A DNA stretch of 64,000 nucleotides from Deltaproteobacteria bacterium (GTDB lineage: Bacteria > Desulfobacterota > Desulfarculia > Adiutricales > Adiutricaceae). The position numbers and the translations under genes are program-made. Every line of letters begins with the position of its first letter. Within the stretch, counting starts at the first letter, position 1. The stretch spans positions 1-64,000 of the forward strand of contig JAISEL010000035.1 in NCBI GenBank assembly GCA_031264185.1, written 5' to 3'. Below are positions 10,618 to 20,351 of the stretch, in pieces. The notes under the pieces are model-generated. The model was not told the origin of the DNA. It did no database searches and worked only from the letters and a program-made list of their open reading frames with translations.

Positions 10618-12696
10618 ATGATAAATACAGAAAAATGGAAAAGAGTCGGTAGCTTCCGGCGGACGGTTTTGCTTATATTAATTCTGGTGCCGACTCTGGT
10701 GGCGGCCACAGTCATGAAGACCCTTCTGCCGGCTCAGGGTCTGGGCTGGCTCAATACATTTATGACTGCTCTTTTCGCGGTCCTTTTCGGCTGGATCTCA
10801 GTCGGTTTCTGGAGTTCTTTGGCCGGAGTTCTGGTTCTGGCCAAAGGCGGGGACGTTTTTTCTGTGACTCGGGATCTGCCTCTGGATCTAAATCTGCCCG
10901 GTGATTTTAAGACCGCTGTCTTATTTCCTGTTTACAATGAAGATCCCCGTCTGGTGGCTGAAGGCATAAAAACGGTCAGAAGTTCTTTAGTCCGTTCAGG
11001 CCAGGCCGAACATTTTGATGTTTTTATTTTGAGCGATTCCACTGATCCCGATATATGGGTAGCCGAAGAAGAGAGTTTCAACCGGGCGGCCAAAGAAGAT
11101 ATGGGCGGCGGCAGACTGTATTACCGCCACCGCCAGTCCAACTTAAAACGCAAAAGCGGTAACATCGCCGATTTTTGCCGGCGCTGGGGAGCCAATTACC
11201 GCTACATGATCGTTTTTGACGCTGACAGCGTCATGTCGGCTGAGTCTTTAGTCCGGCTAGTCCAGATAATGGAAAAAAGACCGGACATAGGGATTGTCCA
11301 GTCGCCGCCGAAAGCGGTTTTCAGTGAAACGCTCCTGGCCAAAATTCAGCAGTTTGCCGGCCATCTTTACGGGCCTATTTTCGCGGCCGGCCTTCATTTT
11401 TGGCAACTGGGCGAAGCTCAGTACTGGGGCCATAATGCAATTATCCGTACGGATCCTTTTGTTAAATACTGCCAGCTGCCCAGAATTCCAGGCCACTCGC
11501 CTTTATCCGGCGACATCCTGAGCCACGATTTTGTGGAATCGGCCCTGATGCGCCGGGCCGGTTACGGAGTCTGGCTGGCTTATGATCTGGAAGGTTCCTG
11601 GGAACAGTGTCCGCCGACTTTAGTGGACGAGCTTATCCGGGACAAGCGCTGGTGTCAGGGCAATCTTCAGCACAGCCGCCTGGTTTTTGCCAGGGGATTT
11701 TTTCCGACCCATAGGGCTTTGTTTATTAACGGCATCATGAGCTACGGATCGGCTTTATTATGGTTTTTCTTTTTACTGGCTTCCAGCGTTGAGGCTTTAA
11801 GCTCCATTTTAGCTACCCCGGTTTATTTTCCCGAAGGCCCCAGTCTTTTTCCGGACTGGCCCCAGTATTTTCCGGCCTGGGCTTTGACTCTGCTGTCCAG
11901 TACCGCCCTGCTGCTGTTTTTTCCCAAGATTCTTTCGGCTGCCGTGGTCATTGTCCAAGGCCGGTGCAAAGCTTTTGGCGGCTTTTGGCGCATGTGGCTT
12001 TCGGTCATTTCGGAAGTCATAGTTTCGACTTTTCTGGCTCCGGTCAGGATGCTTTTTCACAGCCTGTTTGTGGTCACAACTTTTTTGGGCTTTAAGGTGG
12101 CCTGGAGTACTCAGAACCGGGATCTGTCCGGGGGGTTATCGTGGCGGTCGGCGGTCAAGTTTCATTGGTTCGGAAGTCTTTTGGGTCTGGTTTGGGGATT
12201 GTCAATGTATATCATAAGTCCGGGCTTTTTCCTGTGGTTTTCGCCGGTGGCCGCTGGTCTGGCCCTGTCCATACCGCTGTCGGTTCTGACCAGCCGGGTC
12301 TCTTTAGGCTCATTGGCCGCCAAACTGGGATTACTCAGAACACCGGCCGAAACCCAGGCTCCCATTGAAATAAAGGAACTGGCCGAGGGCATAAAAACTC
12401 CGATCAAAAAGCCTGTTTTCTCCATAGCGGCCAAGAGCGGCTTTGTCCGGGCCGTGGTCTGCCCCGATGTTTTAGGTCTCCACCTGGCCATTTCAGCCCG
12501 GAACCGCCGGCATAGTCCCGGAAAAGCGGCCTGGCTGAATAAAGTTAAGGAAAAGGCTTTGGAAATGGGCCCCGACTGTCTTTCGGCCCTGGAAAAGAAG
12601 GCTATTTTAAACGACCGGCCTCTGCTCACTTCTCTTCACTGGGCGGTCTGGGGTTTGGAGGGCGAAAAAGCCCGGGCCTGGGGTCTTGTGGACTGA
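10618..12696 (+). CDS. opgH: glucans biosynthesis glucosyltransferase H (OpgH/MdoH), GT2 family, polytopic membrane protein
   Basis: 692 aa. GT2 motifs FPVYNEDP, DADSVM, QSPP, RDKRWCQGNLQ (Q-R-W). N-terminal and C-terminal TM clusters as in MdoH. Confidence 0.9.
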   Translation: MINTEKWKRVGSFRRTVLLILILVPTLVAATVMKTLLPAQGLGWLNTFMTALFAVLFGWISVGFWSSLAGVLVLAKGGDVFSVTRDLPLDLNLPGDFKTAVLFPVYNEDPRLVAEGIKTVRSSLVRSGQAEHFDVFILSDSTDPDIWVAEEESFNRAAKEDMGGGRLYYRHRQSNLKRKSGNIADFCRRWGANYRYMIVFDADSVMSAESLVRLVQIMEKRPDIGIVQSPPKAVFSETLLAKIQQFAGHLYGPIFAAGLHFWQLGEAQYWGHNAIIRTDPFVKYCQLPRIPGHSPLSGDILSHDFVESALMRRAGYGVWLAYDLEGSWEQCPPTLVDELIRDKRWCQGNLQHSRLVFARGFFPTHRALFINGIMSYGSALLWFFFLLASSVEALSSILATPVYFPEGPSLFPDWPQYFPAWALTLLSSTALLLFFPKILSAAVVIVQGRCKAFGGFWRMWLSVISEVIVSTFLAPVRMLFHSLFVVTTFLGFKVAWSTQNRDLSGGLSWRSAVKFHWFGSLLGLVWGLSMYIISPGFFLWFSPVAAGLALSIPLSVLTSRVSLGSLAAKLGLLRTPAETQAPIEIKELAEGIKTPIKKPVFSIAAKSGFVRAVVCPDVLGLHLAISARNRRHSPGKAAWLNKVKEKALEMGPDCLSALEKKAILNDRPLLTSLHWAVWGLEGEKARAWGLVD

Positions 12697-12856
12697 AAAG
12701 CCCTGCTCATTTTGGCTCTAAGTCTTGAGCAGAGCGAAGAGCCAGAGTCAACGGAAGGTTTGACAATTAACCTTTATTTTAATACGATAAAAATGTTAGT
12801 TTAAAGAAATTTTATTCTGTTTGATGGTTTTATCTTTGACTAATTTTTAGGGCTTT

Positions 12857-14581
12857 ATGATGAAACTTTTGCCAAGTTCCAATCCAGACTTTTCATCACT
12901 GATAAACAGCAACCGAATTTATGTCGATAAGTCTCAGTATATTTATAATTTGATTTCGGCCGATGATCTGTATTTTTTGTCCAGACCTCGCCGGTTTGGA
13001 AAAACCCTGCTGACAGACACTTTGGACTGCCTTTTCAAGGGTCGGCAGGACCTTTTTAAAGGTCTGTGGATTGACAGTACTGGTTATGGCTGGAAACCGT
13101 ATCCTGTAATTAACATTAGTTTTGGTGATGTTTATGCCCCGGATCTTGAAACTTTCAAGTCTTACCTGATGTCTAAAATGACAAGCATTGCCAGAAAAGA
13201 GGGACTTTCAATACCCGACACTGTCCATTCTTCTTATTTTGAGAGTTTAATTTCCGGACTGTCTGACAAATATAATACAGAAGTTGTCCTCCTTATAGAC
13301 GAATATGATGCTCCGGTTGTTAAAAATATCTTAAACGAGGATTTGGCAGATAAAATACGCGCTTTATTAAAGTCATTTTACGGTGTTATTAAAACAAAAT
13401 TTAAGTCGTTACACTTCGTTTTTATTACCGGAGTGTCCAAATTCACCAAAACTTCTCTTTTTTCAGAACTTAATAATTTGAATGACATAACTCTTAATTC
13501 AGATTATTCTAATATCTGCGGCATTACCGAGGCCGAACTGGTTTTTTATTTTCAGGATTATTTCCCCCCGACTTTAGAAGAATTGCTTAAAATAAATAAA
13601 TTACCCCCTGGATCCTCTGAAACGGATTTACTAATTAAAATCCGCCACTTTTATGACGGTTACTCCTGGGACGGAGAAACCCGTGTCTATAACCCCTGGT
13701 CCCTGATGAATTTTTTCAGGAAAAAATCTTTTGATTTTTTTTGGTATGAATCAGGCTCTCCTACTTTTTTGATCAAATTATTGAAGGAAAGAAAAGTCAG
13801 TTTTAATTTTTTTGACAAAAACAATGCTATTAATAACCTTTCAAATGCTATTGATATAGGTCAATTCACTCCTGAGGCTTTAGCCTTCCAAACTGGCTAT
13901 TTAACTGTTGATAAAGCAGATTTCACTAAAGATCCTACGGGCTACTCACTGAAAATTCCTAACTTTGAAGTTGAACGGTCTCTTATAATTTATCTTTTGC
14001 ACTCTGATTATCCTGGCATGCCTAATATAGCAGCATTTACAGACTTACTGGAAAGCAAAGCCAAACTCATTTTGCAGGCTATTCTGGAAAAAGACGCTTT
14101 AAAGGCGGCCAAAGAATTCAATAGTTTTATGGCCTCTTTTTCTTATTCTCTCCATCTCCCCTATGAAGCTTATTACATGACATTATTCTATTTTGTATTT
14201 AATTTGACAAAACAGAATCTTTTAAGGCAAGAATCTGTCAGCGGCGGCATTCTTGATTGCGCTCTTGAGGCTCCGAATGGGGAAATATTTGTATTTGAAA
14301 TGAAGTATGCCCGCTCCGCTAAAAAAGTAAAGGCTGCATCGCCTGCTGCGGACAATAACGAAAAACCGGTCAAGAGCTTTAAAAAGATTAAATTAAGCCG
14401 GCCTGAGATCAGCAGGACCTTAGGTAAGGCCGTCAAGGCGGCTATGAAGCAGATTGAAGATAACAAATATCCGGCCAAATACTGGCAGCCTGGCCGTACA
14501 GTTTATCAGGTGGCTATAGCGGTTTGCGGGAGTGACAATGTCAGATTTTCTTTTAAGGAATACAGCCTGCCGGCTGATTAA
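12857..14581 (+). CDS. AAA-ATPase_like (DUF1703-type N-domain) / PD-(D/E)xK family protein; AT-rich gene
   Basis: 574 aa. N-terminal YVDKSQYIYNLIS...YFLSRPRRFGKTLL is the signature of the predicted AAA-ATPase_like domain. The C-terminus GILDCALEAPNGEIFVFEMKYARS gives a D...E.K nuclease-like motif. Confidence 0.75.
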   Translation: MMKLLPSSNPDFSSLINSNRIYVDKSQYIYNLISADDLYFLSRPRRFGKTLLTDTLDCLFKGRQDLFKGLWIDSTGYGWKPYPVINISFGDVYAPDLETFKSYLMSKMTSIARKEGLSIPDTVHSSYFESLISGLSDKYNTEVVLLIDEYDAPVVKNILNEDLADKIRALLKSFYGVIKTKFKSLHFVFITGVSKFTKTSLFSELNNLNDITLNSDYSNICGITEAELVFYFQDYFPPTLEELLKINKLPPGSSETDLLIKIRHFYDGYSWDGETRVYNPWSLMNFFRKKSFDFFWYESGSPTFLIKLLKERKVSFNFFDKNNAINNLSNAIDIGQFTPEALAFQTGYLTVDKADFTKDPTGYSLKIPNFEVERSLIIYLLHSDYPGMPNIAAFTDLLESKAKLILQAILEKDALKAAKEFNSFMASFSYSLHLPYEAYYMTLFYFVFNLTKQNLLRQESVSGGILDCALEAPNGEIFVFEMKYARSAKKVKAASPAADNNEKPVKSFKKIKLSRPEISRTLGKAVKAAMKQIEDNKYPAKYWQPGRTVYQVAIAVCGSDNVRFSFKEYSLPAD

Positions 14582-14755
14582 AATATTGAACTAAATTATT
14601 GTCTTATCTTGCTGTTTGACGCATCATAAAGTGATTGTTAATATACAATATACATTTTCACACATCTTCTGGCTGACTTTGAGCTTAAGCGTCCATTCCT
14701 TTAGGCCGGCGGATGTTCTCATCATACTTTCAGCCGCCCTCCTTAACTTCACATT

Positions 14756-15907
14756 TCAGCCCCCCTGGGGCCTTTCGGTCAGGAGATTTTTCAAATAACC
14801 GGCCACCGTCTTTTCGGTCTTTTTGAAGACTGTTCCAAAGCCTAAAGCTATCATAAATGTCAGGACGGCAAAGGTCAGGTAATTGGGCAGGATTGTCAGA
14901 TCGTAACCTGTGACCGCCAGAAGCTTAATGTAAACCGCTTCATGGATTATATAGATATAGAACGTTTTGTCGGCCACAAACAGTATAATTCGGCTCAAAA
15001 GTCCCCGGCCCGGGTTTAAGGAGCAGAAAAAGATGAACATGCCCATCTGAGCGAAAATGTAGAAGAAAAATTCCCGGACATAGTACCTTTGGTTGACAAG
15101 ACCATATTCATCTACGTTAAACTTCATGGTCAGAACGTAGAGGATGAGTCCGCCGGAAACATAAGCCATAAAACTGGACGGCAAAAGGATTTTCCGCCAT
15201 TTGGCTAAAAAATCCGGATTTTTGAAATGCCGGGCCAGTTCATGGCCGACCAGCATGAGCCACAGCCAGTAAAAAGGCTTTTCCTCAATCCACCAGTCCA
15301 AGTGCTGGACCGTAAAGCTGTCCGGAAAAATGCACAGCAGGGTCACCCTGAAGACAAAGAAAATACCCCCCAGCCACAAAAGATAGCGCTTAAGTTTCCG
15401 GCTTTTTTCATTGTCGGCGCAGATGATTTTGAGCACAGGAAAGCACAGGTAGCACAGGAAAAGGGCAAAGCTGAACCACAGGGACAGAAAAGGGTTGTAG
15501 TCCGGCAGATAGTCATAAGGCCAGGTGGTGATTAAAATCCGGCCGACTAAAATGATGTTTTCAAAGTGAATTCTTTTCAGGCACTCGGAAAAGCCGCCCT
15601 GACCGGCCAGCCAGGGAGTCAGCTGGGCGATGACCAGCATTATAATGATCATGGGGATAATGACCCGGCTGATGATGCGCTTCATATAAAGGGCAAAGGG
15701 TTTGTCGGCCCCGAAGAAAAAGCCTGCAATTAAAAAAAAGACAGGGGTTGAGGCGCATTTGGCCAGACTCCAGGTCAGACTGACCGCCGGATAGGCGGGA
15801 AAAAAAGCGTTTAAGTGGATCAGGACAACGCAGAAACAGCAGTAGATTCTGCCAAGTTCTATGCCTGCCTCCCGGGGAGCTTTAGGGGCGTTCATTGTCC
15901 GGGTCAA
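14756..15907 (-). CDS. acyltransferase family 3 integral membrane protein (OpgC/MdoC-like O-acyltransferase candidate)
   Basis: 383 aa and about 10 predicted TM helices. N-terminal LGRIYCCFCVVLIHL motif region typical of acyltransferase_3. 4-nt overlap with the upstream GH-like gene. Adjacent to opgGH. Confidence 0.6.
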   Translation of the reverse strand: MTRTMNAPKAPREAGIELGRIYCCFCVVLIHLNAFFPAYPAVSLTWSLAKCASTPVFFLIAGFFFGADKPFALYMKRIISRVIIPMIIIMLVIAQLTPWLAGQGGFSECLKRIHFENIILVGRILITTWPYDYLPDYNPFLSLWFSFALFLCYLCFPVLKIICADNEKSRKLKRYLLWLGGIFFVFRVTLLCIFPDSFTVQHLDWWIEEKPFYWLWLMLVGHELARHFKNPDFLAKWRKILLPSSFMAYVSGGLILYVLTMKFNVDEYGLVNQRYYVREFFFYIFAQMGMFIFFCSLNPGRGLLSRIILFVADKTFYIYIIHEAVYIKLLAVTGYDLTILPNYLTFAVLTFMIALGFGTVFKKTEKTVAGYLKNLLTERPQGG

Positions 15908-17571
15908 TGGAGCCTCAAGGGCAGGCTGTGAGTCTGGCCGCTGGGCGAAGTCATGGTCAGCTTCAAAAGACGGCCGTCCCCTGGACGCCGGTCGGGCAAG
16001 AGCAGAAAGTTGCGCCCTTCTTTGACTTCCACGGTCATTTCTATAATATTGGGGCTGTCCGAGTATTCCGGATCGCTTAAGACAAAGGCGGCCTGACCGG
16101 CCGTGGTGCTCCAGAACGGAATTTGATATTGGCCCAGCTCGGGATGCCGGCGGATTTCATAGGATTCGGGCCGGTAGTTCTGGCCGGATTTTCTGACAGA
16201 GACCACAGCCTCGGGAAAGCCGTCCTGAAAAGCGGGCTTTTTAAAGCCCAAAGCGGTCAGCCCGTTTTGGATCTCTTTGTTGTTCATAAAAAGGTTCCAC
16301 AAAAGACCCGTCCGGTAGTTTTCCACCATCAGAACAATGGGCAGCTGATCTATAGCCAGAGTGTGAGGGCTGGACCAGTCTTCTTTTAAACTGACGGCGT
16401 CTCTGGGTCCGAACCAGCCCCAGACTTTATCTTTCAGGCGGCCGTTTAAGTACTGAAGAACCTCCATGGAGTAATGTGGAGTAAATGGCATGGCCGAAAG
16501 GGCTGCGGTCGGAGCCACAATGCCATGATCGGCGGTCGGCGATGAGGCGGCGTAGCCTCCGTTCATGGTCTGACTGGCTGTCAGGCCCCAGAAGTTCTCC
16601 GAGTAACGGTAAGAAGGCGGAGCGTAGTTTAAGCAGTACTCCCGGTTGGATAAGGTCTGATTTACTGCCCGGACATAATAGCCGGAGGGGACAAAGCTGT
16701 CAGCCAGTTCCCAGGGATTGAGGCCGACAAATGAGTACTGGCTGGTAAAAAGAGGTCCGCCGCCGTAAGGAGAAGCCTGGATCTGGTAACCGAACGTCCG
16801 GCGGGTGCGGTAGTTGGGTCCGTTGGACCAGAACTGATAGGTTTTGGCGCTGATGGGGTGAGTGGGAGAAGAAGCGGCCAGAACATAAGTAATTAAGGCC
16901 TCGTTATAGCCTTTGATTTTTAGGCCCAGATAGCCTCTGGTCGGAGACCAGTGCCAGAAGATGCCGCTTTCCTGGTTGTCGGTAAAGAAGTTCCAGTCCG
17001 CGTTTTCCCATAGAAGAGTAATGTCCTTTCTCAGCCCGGCTTCCGAGCCGGGACCGTTAAAATAGGCCCGGGCAATGAGCAGCCCCTGGATAAGTAAAGA
17101 CGTTTCCACCGTGTCAATGACGTCCTTGCCGTTTTCAAAATCAAAAGGCTCCATGGTCTTGCTGTTAATCCAGTGGGGAAAACCGCCGTGCCACTCGGGC
17201 CGGGAGATTTTTTTCAGAAAAGACGTGATCTTTAAAAGACGGCCTACGGCCTGATCCCGGGTTATCCAGCCCCGGTCAGCGGCCACGACTAAAGAGGCTG
17301 CCCCAAAGCCGGTCCCGCCCACTGCCACAGGAATAATCTCCCAGCCGAAATCGGCCTCAAAGGCCATGCCGCTTATGGGATCGGCTGCTTCCCAGAAATA
17401 GAGAAAAGCCTGCCTTTGCAGTTCGTTGAGCAGTAACCGGTCTCTGGTCAGACGTTCGTCGGTCTGGCCGTACGTTGGGTCGGGACTGAAAAAAACAGCC
17501 AGAAAGGCCACAAGTCCCATTAATATGTTTCTCTTAGCAGTCTGGGCGGCAAAGGCGGCAGTACGAGACAT
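15904..17571 (-). CDS. secreted glycoside-hydrolase-like protein (glucoamylase-like six-hairpin fold family; possible beta-1,2-glucan-acting enzyme)
   Basis: 555 aa with signal peptide (LMGLVAFLAVFFSP). Aromatic/acidic-rich repeats FLYFWEAADPISGMAFE...WHGGFPHW typical of (alpha/alpha)6 glycosidases. Functional assignment is tentative and leans on the OPG context. Confidence 0.4.
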   Translation of the reverse strand: MSRTAAFAAQTAKRNILMGLVAFLAVFFSPDPTYGQTDERLTRDRLLLNELQRQAFLYFWEAADPISGMAFEADFGWEIIPVAVGGTGFGAASLVVAADRGWITRDQAVGRLLKITSFLKKISRPEWHGGFPHWINSKTMEPFDFENGKDVIDTVETSLLIQGLLIARAYFNGPGSEAGLRKDITLLWENADWNFFTDNQESGIFWHWSPTRGYLGLKIKGYNEALITYVLAASSPTHPISAKTYQFWSNGPNYRTRRTFGYQIQASPYGGGPLFTSQYSFVGLNPWELADSFVPSGYYVRAVNQTLSNREYCLNYAPPSYRYSENFWGLTASQTMNGGYAASSPTADHGIVAPTAALSAMPFTPHYSMEVLQYLNGRLKDKVWGWFGPRDAVSLKEDWSSPHTLAIDQLPIVLMVENYRTGLLWNLFMNNKEIQNGLTALGFKKPAFQDGFPEAVVSVRKSGQNYRPESYEIRRHPELGQYQIPFWSTTAGQAAFVLSDPEYSDSPNIIEMTVEVKEGRNFLLLPDRRPGDGRLLKLTMTSPSGQTHSLPLRLH

Positions 17572-18231
17572 TTACGCATAGATCCTTAAAACTGAAGGTC
17601 ACAGCCAAAAGAAAAATTAAGGCAGCCGGAGGCGGGTTCTGGCCTGCCGCCGGACACCGGAAAGGTGATTAGAGCCTGGCTTTAAAGACCGGCCGGGCTT
17701 GTTGGATTTAAACAAATTTTTGACAAAATTTTAACTATTTTTATAAACCCGGCCAGCAGTCCCCGAAAGCCCCGGAAAGACTTTAGACAGTTATTATAAA
17801 GGTTTTGAACTTTTTGAAGCTTAAAGTCCGGTTCGGGATTTACGGCCGGGAACCTAAAAATTTGAATTATATCATTAAATTAAAGATTATTTTTTACGCC
17901 TCCCCAAAGCCGGAATGTTAGTTCCCTGAGCCTGGGGACAGGCCCTATCCCGTCCTGGACCACGGCGGAGCCAATTACTTGATTTTCCCAAGTAAAAAGG
18001 TTAAAAAATATAGGTTATGTCAGACGGATTAGGCGGATAAGTTTACCCCGGAGCCGGGACGGCGCTTCTCTGACCAGGCCTTAAAAGGTGCCGAGGCCTA
18101 AAGCCGGATAGTTTTAGGTCAGGTCTTAGGGTTTATTTCTGTTTTTTTGTTTCTGGCGCTGGGAGTTAAATCGGTTGACAGGCCCCGTAAGGGGCGAAAA
18201 AATATCCTTATTTTATGGAAGGGGTTTTACT

Positions 18232-18633
18232 GTGGAATCTATTCAAAGAGACTTTCTGGACATTGTTTTTACCAAATACGCCTTTTTTTATGGCCGGGCC
18301 AGACGCCGGGAGTACTGGATGTTCCAGCTGTGGGCTTTTGTCGGCTATTTTGCCTTAGCGGTTCTGGCCGCACTGGCTTCAATGATCGCTACTTTTTTGG
18401 GTTACATTCTTATCTTCGCCTTTGTGATTTACTGTTTAGGCCTGGTTGTTCCCAGTTTCTGCCTGGCAGTGCGCCGCCTTCACGATATCGGCCAGAGCGG
18501 CTGGTTTTTACTTCTGTCCATAATACCTTTAGGCGGTCTTGTCGTTTTGGTCATGTGCTGCCTGGACAGTCAGCCCGGGGAGAATAAATACGGGCCTAAT
18601 CCCAAGGGAGTTGTGGCCTTGGGACAAGCCTAG
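18232..18633 (+). CDS. DUF805 family inner-membrane protein (copy 1 of 3)
   Basis: Signature FYGRARRREYWMF...RRLHDIGQSGWFLLL...ENKYGPNP. GTG start at 18232 preceded by GGAAGGGG SD. The track ORF begins at an upstream TTG (18175) in the same frame. Confidence 0.8.
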   Translation: MESIQRDFLDIVFTKYAFFYGRARRREYWMFQLWAFVGYFALAVLAALASMIATFLGYILIFAFVIYCLGLVVPSFCLAVRRLHDIGQSGWFLLLSIIPLGGLVVLVMCCLDSQPGENKYGPNPKGVVALGQA

Positions 18634-19068
18634 GCTTTTGGCGGACCTGCCGGCTCTGGGCTCCCAGGGCCATTTTTAAACCCGAGCTTATGTTTGGCGG
18701 GCCTGCTGGTCAGCAGCGGCCGGAGGGAAGCTGCGGACGCCGGAGTCTTTGGGACATCAAACGGTTGGCCGGCGTTTACTGGGTCAAGTTCGGCTGAGAC
18801 AGGGCTAACCCGCTTTTTCCGCTCATGACTTAAGCCATTCGGAAGATGAGGCGGGAGCGTTCAAGCTAAAAGCGGCCCGGCTGAAAAAAAATTTAAGGAT
18901 ATCATAGGTTGAACTGTCAGCCGGAAAGGACTGCTGGCAGCGGCGGCCAATCAGGCTCCTTCGGCAGTTTGAGCGGCCGGACCATTGGCCTGGCTATGTA
19001 AGGCTCCTCTGGGCCGATAATTCTGTCAGCCTGAGATTTCAAGGCTTTTTTTATGGAGGCTGTCCTGA

Positions 19069-19479
19069 GTGGAATCTTTAAAAAGAGATTTTTTAGACCA
19101 TATTTTCAAAAGAATCTTCCTCTTTTCCGGGCGGGCCAGGCGCCGGGAGTTCTGGATGTTCGAGTTCTGGGCTTATGTCGGCTATATGATTTTATGGGCC
19201 CTGTTTGTCTTCGGCTCGGCGGCATCTGTTCTTTTGAGAGACTGTTTTATGATCGCCTGGATGATTTATATTCTGGCCCTGATTGTCCCCAGTCTAAGTC
19301 TGGGTGTTCGCCGCCTTCATGATGTCGGCCTGAGCGGCTGGCTTTTGCTTTTGAATTTAGCGCCGCCTGTAGGTCAAATCGCTCTTTTGGTCCTGGCCTG
19401 TCTGGACAGTCAGCACGGAGACAACAAATACGGCCCTAATCCCAAGGGGATCATTGGCACAATGGTTCTGGCCAGGTAA
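19069..19479 (+). CDS. DUF805 family inner-membrane protein (copy 2 of 3)
   Basis: SGRARRREFWMF...RRLHDVGLSGWLLLL...DNKYGPNP. GTG start with GGAGG SD 8 nt upstream. Confidence 0.8.
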   Translation: MESLKRDFLDHIFKRIFLFSGRARRREFWMFEFWAYVGYMILWALFVFGSAASVLLRDCFMIAWMIYILALIVPSLSLGVRRLHDVGLSGWLLLLNLAPPVGQIALLVLACLDSQHGDNKYGPNPKGIIGTMVLAR

Positions 19480-19506
19480 AGCAATTGGATTTTTCTCCGA
19501 GTTTTC

Positions 19507-19536
19507 GGCCCGGATTCAGTTTTGTGGCCTTTTTTC
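19507..19536 (+). terminator. putative rho-independent terminator after DUF805 copy 2
   Basis: GGCC-(15 nt loop)-GGCC followed by TTTTTT. Confidence 0.4.
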
Positions 19537-19886
19537 AGCCTTAACCTAAAATATTTGGAGATTATTTCGGTCAGCGGCCGGAGGGAAGCTGCGGACGCCT
19601 GGGCCACAGGGGCTTCAGGCGGACGGCCAAAATTTATCAGGTCAAGTCTGGCCGGCCGGAAGATGAGACGGGGGCGTTAAAACTTAAAAGAGACTCCGGC
19701 CAGAAAGCCGGAACGGACATTGTCAGCCAGACTGTTGCAGGAAAGAGTCATTGACTGCTGGCCGGTTCTGTCTCTGCGCCGGCTGCCGTTCAGGCTGTCC
19801 GTCCTTTTGCCGGGCTAAGGATGGCCAGGTCAATAATTCTGTCGGTTTGGAGCGTTCATGGCTTAATTTTATTTAGGATGTCCTTG

Positions 19887-20298
19887 GTGGAATCTTTATA
19901 AAAGGGATTTTTTGGACAATATTTTAAACAAATTCTTCCTTATTTCCGGGCGGGCCAGACGACGGGAGTTCTGGATGTTTATGCTGTGGGAATTTGTTGT
20001 TTATGCGGTCTTAGCGGTCCTGTGTGCCTTCGGGGCTGCGACCGCCGATTTTTTGGGCGGCTATTTTCAGATCGCCATGATGATTTTCTGTCTTTGCGTT
20101 ATTGTTCCAGGTTTCTGCCTGGGTGTTCGCCGCCTTCACGATATCGGCCTGAGCGGCTGGTAGTTGCTTCTGGTTTTAATATCATACGTCGGTCCAATTG
20201 CTTTTTAGGTCATGGCCTGTATAGACAGTCAGCCCGGGGACAACAAATACGCCCCTAATCCCGAAGGGATTAGGGGCAAGGCGGTTCCGGCCAGGTAA
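19887..20298 (+). pseudogene. DUF805 family protein, copy 3, inactivated (nonsense at codon 5, a 1-nt frameshift, two further in-frame stops)
   Basis: Aligns to copies 1 and 2, but gtg gaa tct tta TAA at 19887-19901. A 1-nt insertion relative to copy 2 follows. The downstream frame reads ...RRLHDIGLSGW* LLLVLISYVGPIAF* VMACIDSQPGDNKYAPNP. Confidence 0.7.
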
Positions 20299-20323
20299 AA
20301 ACGGCCGGATTATCCCGATTTTT

Positions 20324-20351
20324 GGCCCGGATTCAGTTAAGGGCCTTTTTT
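20324..20351 (+). terminator. putative rho-independent terminator after DUF805 copy 3
   Basis: GGCCC-(12 nt)-GGGCC followed by TTTTTT. Confidence 0.4.

Noticed and set aside
12162-12629. 155-aa minus-strand ORF inside opgH, and 9058-9273 / 8844-9248 inside opgG
   Set aside because: Shadow ORFs. The sense genes carry unambiguous family motifs.
18147-19322. ORFs 18147-18587 and 19053-19322 overlapping the DUF805 genes in another frame
   Set aside because: Out-of-frame overlaps. The DUF805 frame carries the family signature in all three copies.
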